From Candidatus Omnitrophota bacterium (GTDB lineage: Bacteria; Omnitrophota; Gorgyraeia; JABMQH01), in contig JBAWYO010000002.1 of assembly GCA_037143495.1 (NCBI GenBank), positions 1-35,774 of the forward strand: 35,774 nt of DNA, given 5' to 3'. The number at the start of each line of letters is the position of its first letter. Within the stretch, counting starts at the first letter, position 1. The notes under the pieces were generated by a model. That model was not told the origin of the DNA, searched no databases, and saw nothing but the letters and a program-made list of their open reading frames with translations. Made by a program: the position numbers and the translations under genes. This document shows positions 13,394-21,073 of the stretch, piece after piece.

Positions 13394-15901
13394 CTATATT
13401 GATTCTACGCGCGCGCGTTCTGCTTTCATTACACTCATAAGCAAGGTCTGCGGGATCGCGTCAAAATAATGGGTCGCGCGTCGGTGATAAAAATCACACA
13501 GCTCATAATCTCCACTGGTAGACTCCAGCAAAGATAACTCCTCAAAGGCCAGTCCCAAAATACAAAAAACCTCATCTTTTGATAATGGTGTTTGCCTGCT
13601 GTCGAACCGAGCGAACGAATCAGCGCAAACCTGCGATGTGAGAGTTGGCTCCCTAGCGGCGAGCGCTTCAGCGCTGTTTAATGCCACAGCAGTTTCAGAT
13701 TGCTCGGAGAGCACTTGCTCCACGAGAGAGCGTGCGCTTATGTATCGGCCTTCTTCGAGCGCCTGTTCTATCTGGCAATCGCGAGCCAATAATAATTGCT
13801 CAGACCACTCGGTTTTTTTAGGATCTTTTTTGGCGAGGTGGGCTGTGAGAGCTGCCACTTCTTCCGTACTGACGCGAAGATCGAGCGCCTCGCGCAATTT
13901 TTGTATTGCATCGCGTTCCATGCCGTCTACATCTATCGAGAGTGCTCGCATAATAGGCAATAATCCGTCCTGAGCAAGGTCGGTTATAACATCCTGCGGC
14001 CTGAAAGCTGCGCGGTATATCTTTCCGACAAACCAGGCTACAAAATAAGGATCGCGTTCGCGGTCGATTACGTAATTATTTAGTTTTGTATCCGATATGA
14101 GAGCGCCGGCGCCATAGGGGAGGTACAGATGATTCTCAAGACCAGTATCGAGATCCCGTTGGGCTTCATGAAGATCGAGACCTTTTTTTCTGCGCCGTTC
14201 TACAACGCTCAGTTGGCCCTCATATTGGCTCTTTAAATATATCCGCGCGGCGAGCTGAGTTTTCGGCATATTGGCAAATATTGAAATTATAGACTCAATA
14301 TGAGCATCGATATCTTTTGCTGCCTGTTTAACTTCAGCAACTTTTCGTTGTCGTTGCAATTCTCTTCTATGGAGAACAAGCGCTTCGAGGCGGCTTATAG
14401 CAGCGTCAAGGGTTGCCCGTCTTGCTACAAGCTGTTGCCAATATGCCGCGGAAGAAAAGAGACCTGATTTATTGGCGACATAATCATGCATGAGTGTTGT
14501 TGCATCATCATCAGGTCGGCATAATGAGAGCTGCTTTATTCGTATGCAACGTAATGCTCTGCGGATGTTGACTTCTTTTGTTTGATCGGCCACAGGGTAT
14601 TGCAAGCGTAAGGTGCGGTTTCGATAGTCGTCAAGTGCGCCGTAAGGGTCGAAGATGGAGCCGTTGCCCCATACTCCGACACCATCCATGCGTAGAAAAT
14701 TGTAGGTGCCCATCTCGAAGCGGCCTTCGGCGTGGAAATAAACACCGTCCGTCGTGACATACCCGGCGTAATCAATGCAGCTTCCTTCGAAAACGTTATT
14801 TTTTACGCGTTCAGGGTCCTGGACAATAATACCGTTTTGCGCCAGGTAATCAGCGATGTCGCCTTGTTTGAGCCCGAGTGCCGTTTCGAGACGATTAACT
14901 GCAGGTAAGACATAGCGGCGTTCTTTTTCCAAGTATGAAGAGAAGCGGGTAGAGTTTCTGATTTGTAAGGCGGTACCTTGGAAGGGCTCTTTATCCGCGT
15001 AACGCCTCTGATAGACACTCTCTATTCTAGCATAGGCTTCATTGTCGGACTTAACTGACCCAAGATAAGCCTCTAGCGCTGTGACGTGTTCTCTTATAGT
15101 GGCCAGGTCTGCTTCGCGCAGAATTCGCTGATCTTCAGCTGTCAATTCGCCGTGAGCGAATTGCGCGTATGTCTCGTAGTCGACTCTAAGCAGATCAAGA
15201 GTACTGGCAGGTATTGCTGCCACGATATCCAAGTCGGCGAGTACGCCCTCGCGCCCTGAGAACATATTACGTCCATGGCCTCCGAAGATGATAAAGTCGT
15301 TTTCAAGTCCATGGCGGCGCAGCACGTCCATAAAATGGCGAGTCCTCTGGGTAAGGATATCACTGTCTCGTACCCTTAGGTCATGGCGCGCACCGCTGCG
15401 TATTAGCACTTTTGGATCGCTAAGCGGGAGAGTGAGGGTTAAAGTGACCTCTGTTTGTCCGTCAACCCGTGCCGTCTTATGATAAAAGCGGCAATACATA
15501 TCATCGGCGGTGTCCCGGAACTCCCCGGTGGTTGCAGCCTGTTCCATGCCCGCTTCGTCTACTGTGTTTGCTTCGCAGAAAACCCTGACAAGAGCGCGCT
15601 CACTTCCTGTGCGGACATGGACCCGCAGAGTGTTATGTGACAGAGCGCTATTTTTGAGGGCGACTTGAATGATTTGAGACAAGAGCCTGTCGAGCAAATC
15701 AGGGGGCCACGAGACGTGAGGAGAGTCTCCGGATAGGGTAACTGATATTAGGGGCAAGCCTCCGCGATGCGAATTAATTTGATCTATTGCGCGGCGTATC
15801 GTTGTCTGTAGATCAAGGTCATATCGTTGACAGATGAGGTAATCTTGCTCGGCATGCGAGAGCGGCCGTAGGTAGCGTAGGGGGGGGGCAGGCGTATGCA
15901 A
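13394..15901 (-). CDS. 835-aa multidomain protein: degenerate HATPase_c-like N-terminus + class-II nucleotidyltransferase (CCA-adding/PAP-like) motifs + long helical C-terminus
   Basis: aa 60-160 (DLLDRLLSQIIQVALKNS...TLRVHV...VRVFCEAN...TEVTLTLTLPL) resemble a GHKL/His-kinase ATPase fold without clear G-boxes. aa 204-226 (IIFGGHGRNMFSGREGVLADLDIV) fit GG..R(D/N)...G-x-D.D. aa 416-455 (IFDPYGALDDYRNRTLRL...IRRALRCIRI) fit DPY.G..D..NR.LR...LR.LR..RF. The only in-frame start is TTG 15901, with no SD. Confidence 0.6.
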   Translation of the reverse strand: MHTPAPPLRYLRPLSHAEQDYLICQRYDLDLQTTIRRAIDQINSHRGGLPLISVTLSGDSPHVSWPPDLLDRLLSQIIQVALKNSALSHNTLRVHVRTGSERALVRVFCEANTVDEAGMEQAATTGEFRDTADDMYCRFYHKTARVDGQTEVTLTLTLPLSDPKVLIRSGARHDLRVRDSDILTQRTRHFMDVLRRHGLENDFIIFGGHGRNMFSGREGVLADLDIVAAIPASTLDLLRVDYETYAQFAHGELTAEDQRILREADLATIREHVTALEAYLGSVKSDNEAYARIESVYQRRYADKEPFQGTALQIRNSTRFSSYLEKERRYVLPAVNRLETALGLKQGDIADYLAQNGIIVQDPERVKNNVFEGSCIDYAGYVTTDGVYFHAEGRFEMGTYNFLRMDGVGVWGNGSIFDPYGALDDYRNRTLRLQYPVADQTKEVNIRRALRCIRIKQLSLCRPDDDATTLMHDYVANKSGLFSSAAYWQQLVARRATLDAAISRLEALVLHRRELQRQRKVAEVKQAAKDIDAHIESIISIFANMPKTQLAARIYLKSQYEGQLSVVERRRKKGLDLHEAQRDLDTGLENHLYLPYGAGALISDTKLNNYVIDRERDPYFVAWFVGKIYRAAFRPQDVITDLAQDGLLPIMRALSIDVDGMERDAIQKLREALDLRVSTEEVAALTAHLAKKDPKKTEWSEQLLLARDCQIEQALEEGRYISARSLVEQVLSEQSETAVALNSAEALAAREPTLTSQVCADSFARFDSRQTPLSKDEVFCILGLAFEELSLLESTSGDYELCDFYHRRATHYFDAIPQTLLMSVMKAERARVESI
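15880..15888 (-). repeat. homopolymeric C9 (plus-strand G9) tract at codons 4-8 of the 835-aa gene
   Basis: Nine consecutive G on the plus strand (15880-15888), encoding ..P-A-P-P-L.. on the minus strand. Confidence 0.95.
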
Positions 15902-16138
15902 TGCTTGTCTGCAATAGTAGGAAGCTGATAATCACAAGACTCTTTATCTTATTGTGTAAGCACATAGCACTAATAGTTTATCATAAAATCAATAAAAAGC
16001 AATAGACTTTTTTATAACCTAACAAATTTATTATAATTATCACTGGGGGGACACTTTCTATCAGAGCATTTAGGGGATCGCGACTAATAGGCGCTCGGCA
16101 GGATAAAAGCTATGATGGCGCAGATTCTGTTATTAAGA

Positions 16139-16167
16139 AGGTTCTAACCTGGTTGCACCAGCGACCC
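16139..16167 (+). repeat. 29-bp direct repeat, copy 1 (upstream of the ATPase gene)
   Basis: AGGTTCTAACCTGGTTGCACCAGCGACCC. 27/29 identical to 17407-17435. Confidence 0.85.
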
Positions 16168-16177
16168 GTATTTTTTT

Positions 16178-16213
16178 CCCCTCTGCGATGATAGACCCCG
16201 TAGAGGGGTTTTT
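16178..16213 (+). terminator. hairpin plus T5 (rho-independent terminator-like)
   Basis: CCCCTCT...AGAGGGG, or the inner stem CCCC-gtaga-GGGG, followed by TTTTT at 16209-16213. Confidence 0.45.
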
Positions 16214-16229
16214 CTATGTGCATTTATAC

Positions 16230-16258
16230 TTGCATATAGTTTAACTATATGATATACT
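16230..16258 (+). promoter_or_regulatory. sigma70-like promoter with extended -10, abutting ATG 16265
   Basis: TTGCAT 16230-35, 17 nt, TGaTATACT 16250-58, 6 nt to ATG 16265. Confidence 0.5.
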
Positions 16259-16264
16259 TTGATC

Positions 16265-17404
16265 ATGAAGAACAGGCCATTCTGGAAAGCCGCCGTCGAG
16301 GAGAGGTTTAAGGAAAAGTCGATCATATGGTTGACCGGCGTACGGCGTGTCGGTAAGACGTTCCTGTGCAAGAGTTTTGATGGGGTCGATTATTTTGATT
16401 GCGAGCTCCCGAGCGTACGGCGCATGCTGGAGGACCCCGAGCAATTTCTGGAAAGCGTGCGCGGACGGCGGATCGTGTTGGACGAGATCCATCGGCTGCC
16501 AAATCCTTCAGAAATATTGAAAATAGCCGCTGACCACTACCCTGATATACAGGTCATAGCGACAGGATCTTCCGTTCTCAGCGCTTCGGCAAAATTCAAG
16601 GATACTCTGACCGACAGAAAAAGAGAGTTATGGCTTACCCCCATGATAGCGTCGGACGGAGGGTCTTTCGGCAATAACGATCTGAAGCACAGATTTTTAT
16701 ACGGCGGGCTGCCCCCTTTTTTCGCTTACGCCAAGTACCCGCAGCGGAATTTTCAAGACTGGATAGACGCTTTTTGGGCGAAAGATATCCAGGAGCTATT
16801 CAGGCTCGAACGGCGTTATTCTTTCCAGAAATTCTTTGAGCTTATTATGACTCAAAGCGGAGGCATATTTGAAGCCAATAGCTTTGCCGCCCCCTGTGGG
16901 GTGAGCCGGACCACCATCGCGAACTACTTAAAAGTGATGGAAGCAACTTTTACCGCGCATATTATCCGTCCCTTCAGCTCACACCGGCAGAACGAGATCA
17001 CCGCTGCGCCGAAAGTCTATGGTTTTGATACGGGGTTTGTTTGTTATTATCGAGGTTGGCATGAACTCAGAAATGACGACATGGGGTATTTGTGGGAACA
17101 TTTTGTTTTAAATGAACTGTTTGCCCATCTCCAGGAGCGGAATATAAGTTATTGGAGAGATAAACAGGCCCATGAGATCGATTTTGTGATCAGCAGGCGT
17201 GGGCACCCTTTGGTGGCGCTTGAATGTAAATGGCGCGACAAAGATTTTGATCCGGCGAATGCGAGATTATTCGCGCGGCATTATGATAAGACGAGAGTTT
17301 ATGTGGTATCTTCTAATGTGAACCGGCCCTATAGCCGCACCTACGGTGATCTCACTGTTAAATTTGTCGGCCTTGCGGATATTAAAGACATCTTAATGCA
17401 TTAA
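16265..17404 (+). CDS. AAA+ ATPase (AAA_14 + DUF4143 architecture) with PD-(D/E)xK-like C-terminal motif
   Basis: Walker A is LTGVRRVGKTFL and Walker B is RIVLDEIH. C-terminal EIDFVISRRGHPLVALECKW fits D-x13-E-x-K. Start set at ATG 16265; the track's 16259 is a TTG inside the promoter-to-ATG spacer. Confidence 0.75.
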   Translation: MKNRPFWKAAVEERFKEKSIIWLTGVRRVGKTFLCKSFDGVDYFDCELPSVRRMLEDPEQFLESVRGRRIVLDEIHRLPNPSEILKIAADHYPDIQVIATGSSVLSASAKFKDTLTDRKRELWLTPMIASDGGSFGNNDLKHRFLYGGLPPFFAYAKYPQRNFQDWIDAFWAKDIQELFRLERRYSFQKFFELIMTQSGGIFEANSFAAPCGVSRTTIANYLKVMEATFTAHIIRPFSSHRQNEITAAPKVYGFDTGFVCYYRGWHELRNDDMGYLWEHFVLNELFAHLQERNISYWRDKQAHEIDFVISRRGHPLVALECKWRDKDFDPANARLFARHYDKTRVYVVSSNVNRPYSRTYGDLTVKFVGLADIKDILMH

Positions 17405-17406
17405 AC

Positions 17407-17435
17407 AGGTTCTAACCTGATGGCACCAGCGACCC
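17407..17435 (+). repeat. 29-bp direct repeat, copy 2 (3 nt after the ATPase stop)
   Basis: AGGTTCTAACCTGATGGCACCAGCGACCC. Confidence 0.85.
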
Positions 17436-17479
17436 CAGAATTTTTATAGCTCATTACAGAGCTATCAGCTTGTAAAAAC

Positions 17480-17511
17480 CACCGGCATAGGTAGTTGTCG
17501 GTGATTTTTTT
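17480..17511 (+). terminator. weak hairpin plus T7
   Basis: CACCG-14 nt-CGGTG followed by ATTTTTTT. Confidence 0.35.
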
Positions 17512-17586
17512 GAGATCGTTACGTATATCATCAGATCTTGCCGGGTATTGCGAAGTTATCTAAGTGTGCGACAGGGGAGCGCGAAC

Positions 17587-18033
17587 ATGTCAGAGAGACG
17601 TAGACCGCTTGCTAAAACACCGGATGAAATATTAGAAAATGTCTTTGCGGGGCATCGTGAAGCATTGCTTGGCGGGAGCGAGAACGGGAAGCGGTATCTG
17701 CAGAATTATTTCGAAAAGTTCGACTCGATCCCTAATGCAGTAAAGTTTTTTATCTATGATCTTTTGGCGGAAGACGCCTATCAAGCCGATGATCTTGCCG
17801 TATGCCGACAAGCGGTAGATCTTGCCGGCCGGTACCTGGAGGAGGCGCGGGAAAAAAATAGTCGACAATTAGTCGAATACCTGCCCTCACTCCGCTTTGT
17901 CGAACGGGGAATATCGATCATGGTCGAAGCGGGTGAATTTGAAAAAGCCCTTTCTCTTTGCGACATAGCCATTAGAAGCGGTTTGGGGAAAGCGTACGCC
18001 GCTAAAAAGGCTTCTATAGAACAAATGCTGTAG
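17587..18033 (+). CDS. hypothetical helical (TPR-like?) protein
   Basis: ATG 17587 with AGGGGAG 7 nt upstream. Predicted all-helical (..AYQADDLAVCRQAVDLAGRYLEEA..AGEFEKALSLCDIAIRSG..). Confidence 0.5.
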   Translation: MSERRRPLAKTPDEILENVFAGHREALLGGSENGKRYLQNYFEKFDSIPNAVKFFIYDLLAEDAYQADDLAVCRQAVDLAGRYLEEAREKNSRQLVEYLPSLRFVERGISIMVEAGEFEKALSLCDIAIRSGLGKAYAAKKASIEQML

Positions 18034-18134
18034 TGATACCGTTAAGACAAGAAAACCTATTCGACGCGAGAACAACTGGTAATGCATGAGTATGTTGATG
18101 GCGTTCTGAATTCTAAAAACAAGGGGGCGGTCAC

Positions 18135-18506
18135 ATGGTACCGGAGAAATTGTTGGAGATTATGAAAGAAGATGGAGTCGCTGCCATTGCGACAGTGGGG
18201 AGCGACGGGCCACATATGGTCAATACTTGGAATAGTTATATCAAGATATCACCAGATGGGCGGTTGTTCATCCCCGCGGGTTACATGCACAAAACAGAGG
18301 CTAATATTGCCCATAACCCCAATGTGCTCATTACGATGGGAAGCAGCAAGGTTAAAGGCTTGCATGGAGCAGGGGCTGGATTTTTGATTAAGGGGAAAGC
18401 GACCTTTATCACATCCGGTCCTGATTATGATTTCTTGAAAGCAACATACAGTTGGTTGCGAGCCAATGTGGCTGTTACCATCGATTCTGCTCTTCAGACC
18501 TGGTGA
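18135..18506 (+). CDS. pyridoxamine 5'-phosphate oxidase-like FMN-binding split-barrel protein
   Basis: 123 aa. The pattern LLEIMKEDGVAAIATVGSDGPHMVNTW...HKTEANIAHNPNVLITMG is typical of small PNPOx-family proteins. AAGGGGG SD. Confidence 0.6.
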   Translation: MVPEKLLEIMKEDGVAAIATVGSDGPHMVNTWNSYIKISPDGRLFIPAGYMHKTEANIAHNPNVLITMGSSKVKGLHGAGAGFLIKGKATFITSGPDYDFLKATYSWLRANVAVTIDSALQTW

Positions 18507-18512
18507 GCAACC

Positions 18513-18542
18513 AGGTTTTGACTTCAGCCAGCCAACGACCCC
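18513..18542 (+). repeat. degenerate third copy of the 29-bp island repeat
   Basis: AGGTTTTGACTTCAGCCAGCCAACGACCCC. It shares AGGTT.T.AC.T and CCA.CGACCCC with the copies at 16139 and 17407 (about 20/32 ungapped, by eye). It begins 7 nt after the PNPOx-like stop. Confidence 0.4.
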
Positions 18543-18673
18543 GGCAATAGCACTCTCCTTACATCCTGGGAGCGGTTATCGGCTATGATCAGCACGTCGA
18601 TCATAACTGCTTCTATCCGGCGATGTCCGCAGGGGTTATGGCATGGCCATCAATAGGCATATTAAAAATATCC

Positions 18674-18702
18674 TTGATAATCACCATACTTATCTTTACA
18701 AT
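18674..18702 (+). promoter_or_regulatory. sigma70-like promoter for gltA
   Basis: TTGATA 18674-79, 17 nt, TACAAT 18697-702. This gives a leader of about 100 nt before ATG 18809. Confidence 0.5.
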
Positions 18703-18808
18703 ATGTGGTGGGTTGAGTTAGTAGGTTCTGTTGTCTTTGCTTAACTGGCAATTGGTGGACCGCACAGCGCGGGAAGAGCATCGATACCATACGAAAGGAA
18801 AGTCACTG

Positions 18809-20107
18809 ATGGATACGTCCGCATCGAAACAACCAAATGACACCGCTCAGATCATCATAGGCGATACGACTCTCTCATGTCCGATCATCACGGGCGTTGA
18901 GAACGAGAAGGCTTTCGACATATCGGAATTGAGGAGCAAGACCGGTTTTGTGACATATGATGAGGGGTATGCCAATACCGCCGCCTGCGTAAGCCGTATC
19001 ACCTTTATAGACGGCGAGAAGGGGATCCTGCGCTATCGCGGTATTCCCGTTGAAGAGCTTGCCGAGAAGCGCAGTTTCATCGAAGTAGCGCACCTGTTGA
19101 TCTACGGACACCTGCCCTCAGTAACCGAGAGAAACGAATTCTCGAAATTGCTGACGAGCAATTGTATGGTCCACGACAACATGGTGAAGCTCTTCGACAA
19201 CCTGCCCGGCTCGAGTCATCCGATGGCGACGCTCTCGGCGATGGTGGTCACGCTCTCCGCTTATTACCCCGAGCTCTCGGATCCCGAGACCGATGCCGCG
19301 CAGCTCAACAAGATCATCGCCGAGCTGCTGGCCAAGATCAGGACGCTCGCGGCCTACTCCTACAAGAAGTCGATCGGTGAGCCGGTCATCTACCCGAAAC
19401 GCAAGTACAAATATGTCGAGAATTTCCTCCACATGATGTTCTCGACCCCCGTGGACGAGTATCCGCTGGATAAGGACGTCGTCGACGCGATGGAGAAGAT
19501 ACTCATCCTCCATGCTGATCATGAACAGAATTGCAGCACCTCGACGGTGCGTCTCGTCGGCAGTTCGCAGGCAAATCTTTTTGCCTCCATCGCGTCGGGT
19601 ATATGCGCGCTCTGGGGGCCGTTGCACGGCGGCGCCAACCAGGCCGTGATCGAGATGCTCGAAGAGGTCGTCAAGAACGGGGGGGACGCGAAGACCGTGA
19701 TCGCGAAGGCCAAGGATAAGAACAGCAACTTCCGGCTCATGGGTTTCGGCCACCGTATCTACAAGAATTACGATCCGCGCGCGCGTATCATCAAGGAGAT
19801 CTGCGATAAGCTGCTCGCGAAGCTCGGGATCAACGACCCGTGCCTCGAAGTCGCCAAGAAGATCGAAGAAGCGGCGCTTAAAGACGAGTTCTTCATCCAG
19901 CGTAAGCTCTATCCCAATGTCGATTTTTACAGCGGGATCATCCTGCGCGCGATCGGTATTCCGACGAATATGTTCACCGTCATCTTCGCGATGGGCAGGC
20001 TCCCCGGATGGGTCGCGCACTGGAAAGAGCAGTACGAATCGCCGAAGAAGAAGATCGGGCGGCCGCGCCAGGTATATATCGGTGCCCCGCTGACGCATAT
20101 TACTTAG
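18809..20107 (+). CDS. gltA: citrate synthase
   Basis: LILHADHEQNCSTST and MGFGHRIYKNYDPRA signatures. Start set at ATG 18809 (GAAAGGAAAG SD); the track's 18731 is a TTG. Confidence 0.92.
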   Translation: MDTSASKQPNDTAQIIIGDTTLSCPIITGVENEKAFDISELRSKTGFVTYDEGYANTAACVSRITFIDGEKGILRYRGIPVEELAEKRSFIEVAHLLIYGHLPSVTERNEFSKLLTSNCMVHDNMVKLFDNLPGSSHPMATLSAMVVTLSAYYPELSDPETDAAQLNKIIAELLAKIRTLAAYSYKKSIGEPVIYPKRKYKYVENFLHMMFSTPVDEYPLDKDVVDAMEKILILHADHEQNCSTSTVRLVGSSQANLFASIASGICALWGPLHGGANQAVIEMLEEVVKNGGDAKTVIAKAKDKNSNFRLMGFGHRIYKNYDPRARIIKEICDKLLAKLGINDPCLEVAKKIEEAALKDEFFIQRKLYPNVDFYSGIILRAIGIPTNMFTVIFAMGRLPGWVAHWKEQYESPKKKIGRPRQVYIGAPLTHIT

Positions 20108-20142
20108 AAAACCGTAAACGCGCGAGCGTATTGTCGCGTAGA

Positions 20143-20179
20143 AAGCGCCGGTCCGTTCAAGGGGCCGGCGCTTCTTTGT
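20143..20179 (+). terminator. GC-rich hairpin after gltA
   Basis: AAGCGCCGG-13 nt-CCGGCGCTT followed by CTTTGT (weak U tract). Confidence 0.45.
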
Positions 20180-20368
20180 AACGGATCATAAAGGGCCTGC
20201 GATGCGGCGCAGCGCAGCGAGGGGCTCTCCACAATGAGAAGAACGGCTATTGATCTATAAACGTTTTTGATTGACTTTATGTAGCCATATGATGACCTGC
20301 TTCTATAAGCAGCGCGTGCGTTATTCAACTACTAACAGTAAACCTGTTGTTACGAGAATGGATGGGGA

Positions 20369-21040
20369 GTGCCAGAAAAGATCGTGATACCAATAAGAGG
20401 TCAGAGTAGTAACGTACGATTGCTGATTTCTATTGTTTTGATCGTCTTTATTATATCTGTTGTAATGTTTTTAAGTCCGGCAGCGGCAAAAGAACAAAAA
20501 ACAAAAAATCAGGAAGCTCTTTCCGCTCAGACCAGCGCGCCGCAGCCTCCGCCTCAAACCCAGCAAGCTCAGCAACCTCCACAACCCGCGCAATCCCCGC
20601 AATCCTTTGTTTCCGCCGTCAGCCCTATTACGCAAGCAGCCGTTAACGCGGGAGTTCTTTCCTGCGTGAGCCGAATTAACCAGGTCATCACCTACCTGAC
20701 CGCCGATACGCAAAATAGCGCGTACCTCTTTCTTCCCCGGCAAGCACCCGACCGGAGTATTTTTTCCGCATCCCTCGAGATAGAGGTCCCGAACGCGGGG
20801 CCCGTCTATGCCAGCGCCAGCTTTGCGCCGCTCTCAGGCGGCCAGGCGGGCGCGGTCTATGATACGGTCGAATACGTCGCTCAGACGCCTGATAACGTCG
20901 AAAAGAATTTTTTTAAAGGTTTGAAACGCGTGGGAGTTATCAGGAAAGATATTGTCGTTTTAGACGGGGGAGCGGTTAAAGTTTTTCTCATGCCCGCGGG
21001 AAGCGGGTGTGTTGTCGTTAAAAAGGAGATCGTCCAGTAG
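20369..21040 (+). CDS. membrane-anchored/exported protein with PQ-rich linker; candidate partner of the downstream adhesin
   Basis: TM/signal anchor LLISIVLIVFIISVVMFL, low-complexity SAPQPPPQTQQAQQPPQPAQSPQS, then a ~140-aa globular part. The GTG start is uncertain. The stop lies 33 nt before the adhesin start used here (ATG 21074) and 3 nt before the alternative ATG 21044. Confidence 0.5.
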   Translation: MPEKIVIPIRGQSSNVRLLISIVLIVFIISVVMFLSPAAAKEQKTKNQEALSAQTSAPQPPPQTQQAQQPPQPAQSPQSFVSAVSPITQAAVNAGVLSCVSRINQVITYLTADTQNSAYLFLPRQAPDRSIFSASLEIEVPNAGPVYASASFAPLSGGQAGAVYDTVEYVAQTPDNVEKNFFKGLKRVGVIRKDIVVLDGGAVKVFLMPAGSGCVVVKKEIVQ

Positions 21041-21073
21041 TGCATGAATGAAACAAAAAAAGGAGGGCGGGAG

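Larger units (their letters stand above)
12634..18544. mobile_element. lower-GC accessory island adjacent to tRNA-His; no integrase visible (decayed island?)
   Basis: GC falls abruptly after the tRNA: by-eye ~30-35% for 12634-13300 and ~43-50% for 13394-18500, against ~55-60% in the flanks. tRNA-3'-end-like repeats lie at 13304, 16139, 17407 and 18513. Housekeeping gltA resumes after 18674. Confidence 0.45.

Noticed and set aside
16112-16147. 11-codon ORF (MMAQILLLRRF) ending inside the first 29-bp repeat, as a leader peptide
   Set aside because: There is no convincing SD. The region is AT-rich promoter DNA shared with the divergent 835-aa gene, and the second repeat copy has no equivalent ORF.
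16139-17435. Integron attC sites or a genuine tRNA fragment as the identity of the 29-bp direct repeats
   Set aside because: TCTAAC resembles an attC inverse core, but there is no matching GTTAGA/GTTRRRY partner and no 60-140-bp imperfect palindrome downstream. As a tRNA T-arm, the stem does not pair and loop position 57 would be a pyrimidine. Only a loose 'decayed T-arm' resemblance remains.
18705-18722. GGTGGGTTGAGTTAG resembling the tRNA-His 5' end (GGTGGGTGTAGCTCAG), as a further tRNA remnant marking the island edge
   Set aside because: The match is short and gapped. It lies just downstream of the predicted gltA -10 box, within the 5' UTR, and no rest-of-tRNA structure follows.
19118-20098. 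326-aa minus-strand ORF opposite citrate synthase, and similar long antisense ORFs at 6916-7596, 2413-2991, 5287-5856, 31439-32086, 32186-32668 and 33477-34112
   Set aside because: Each fully overlaps a plus-strand gene with unmistakable family motifs. Their translations are Arg/Asp/Leu-rich nonsense typical of high-GC antisense frames.
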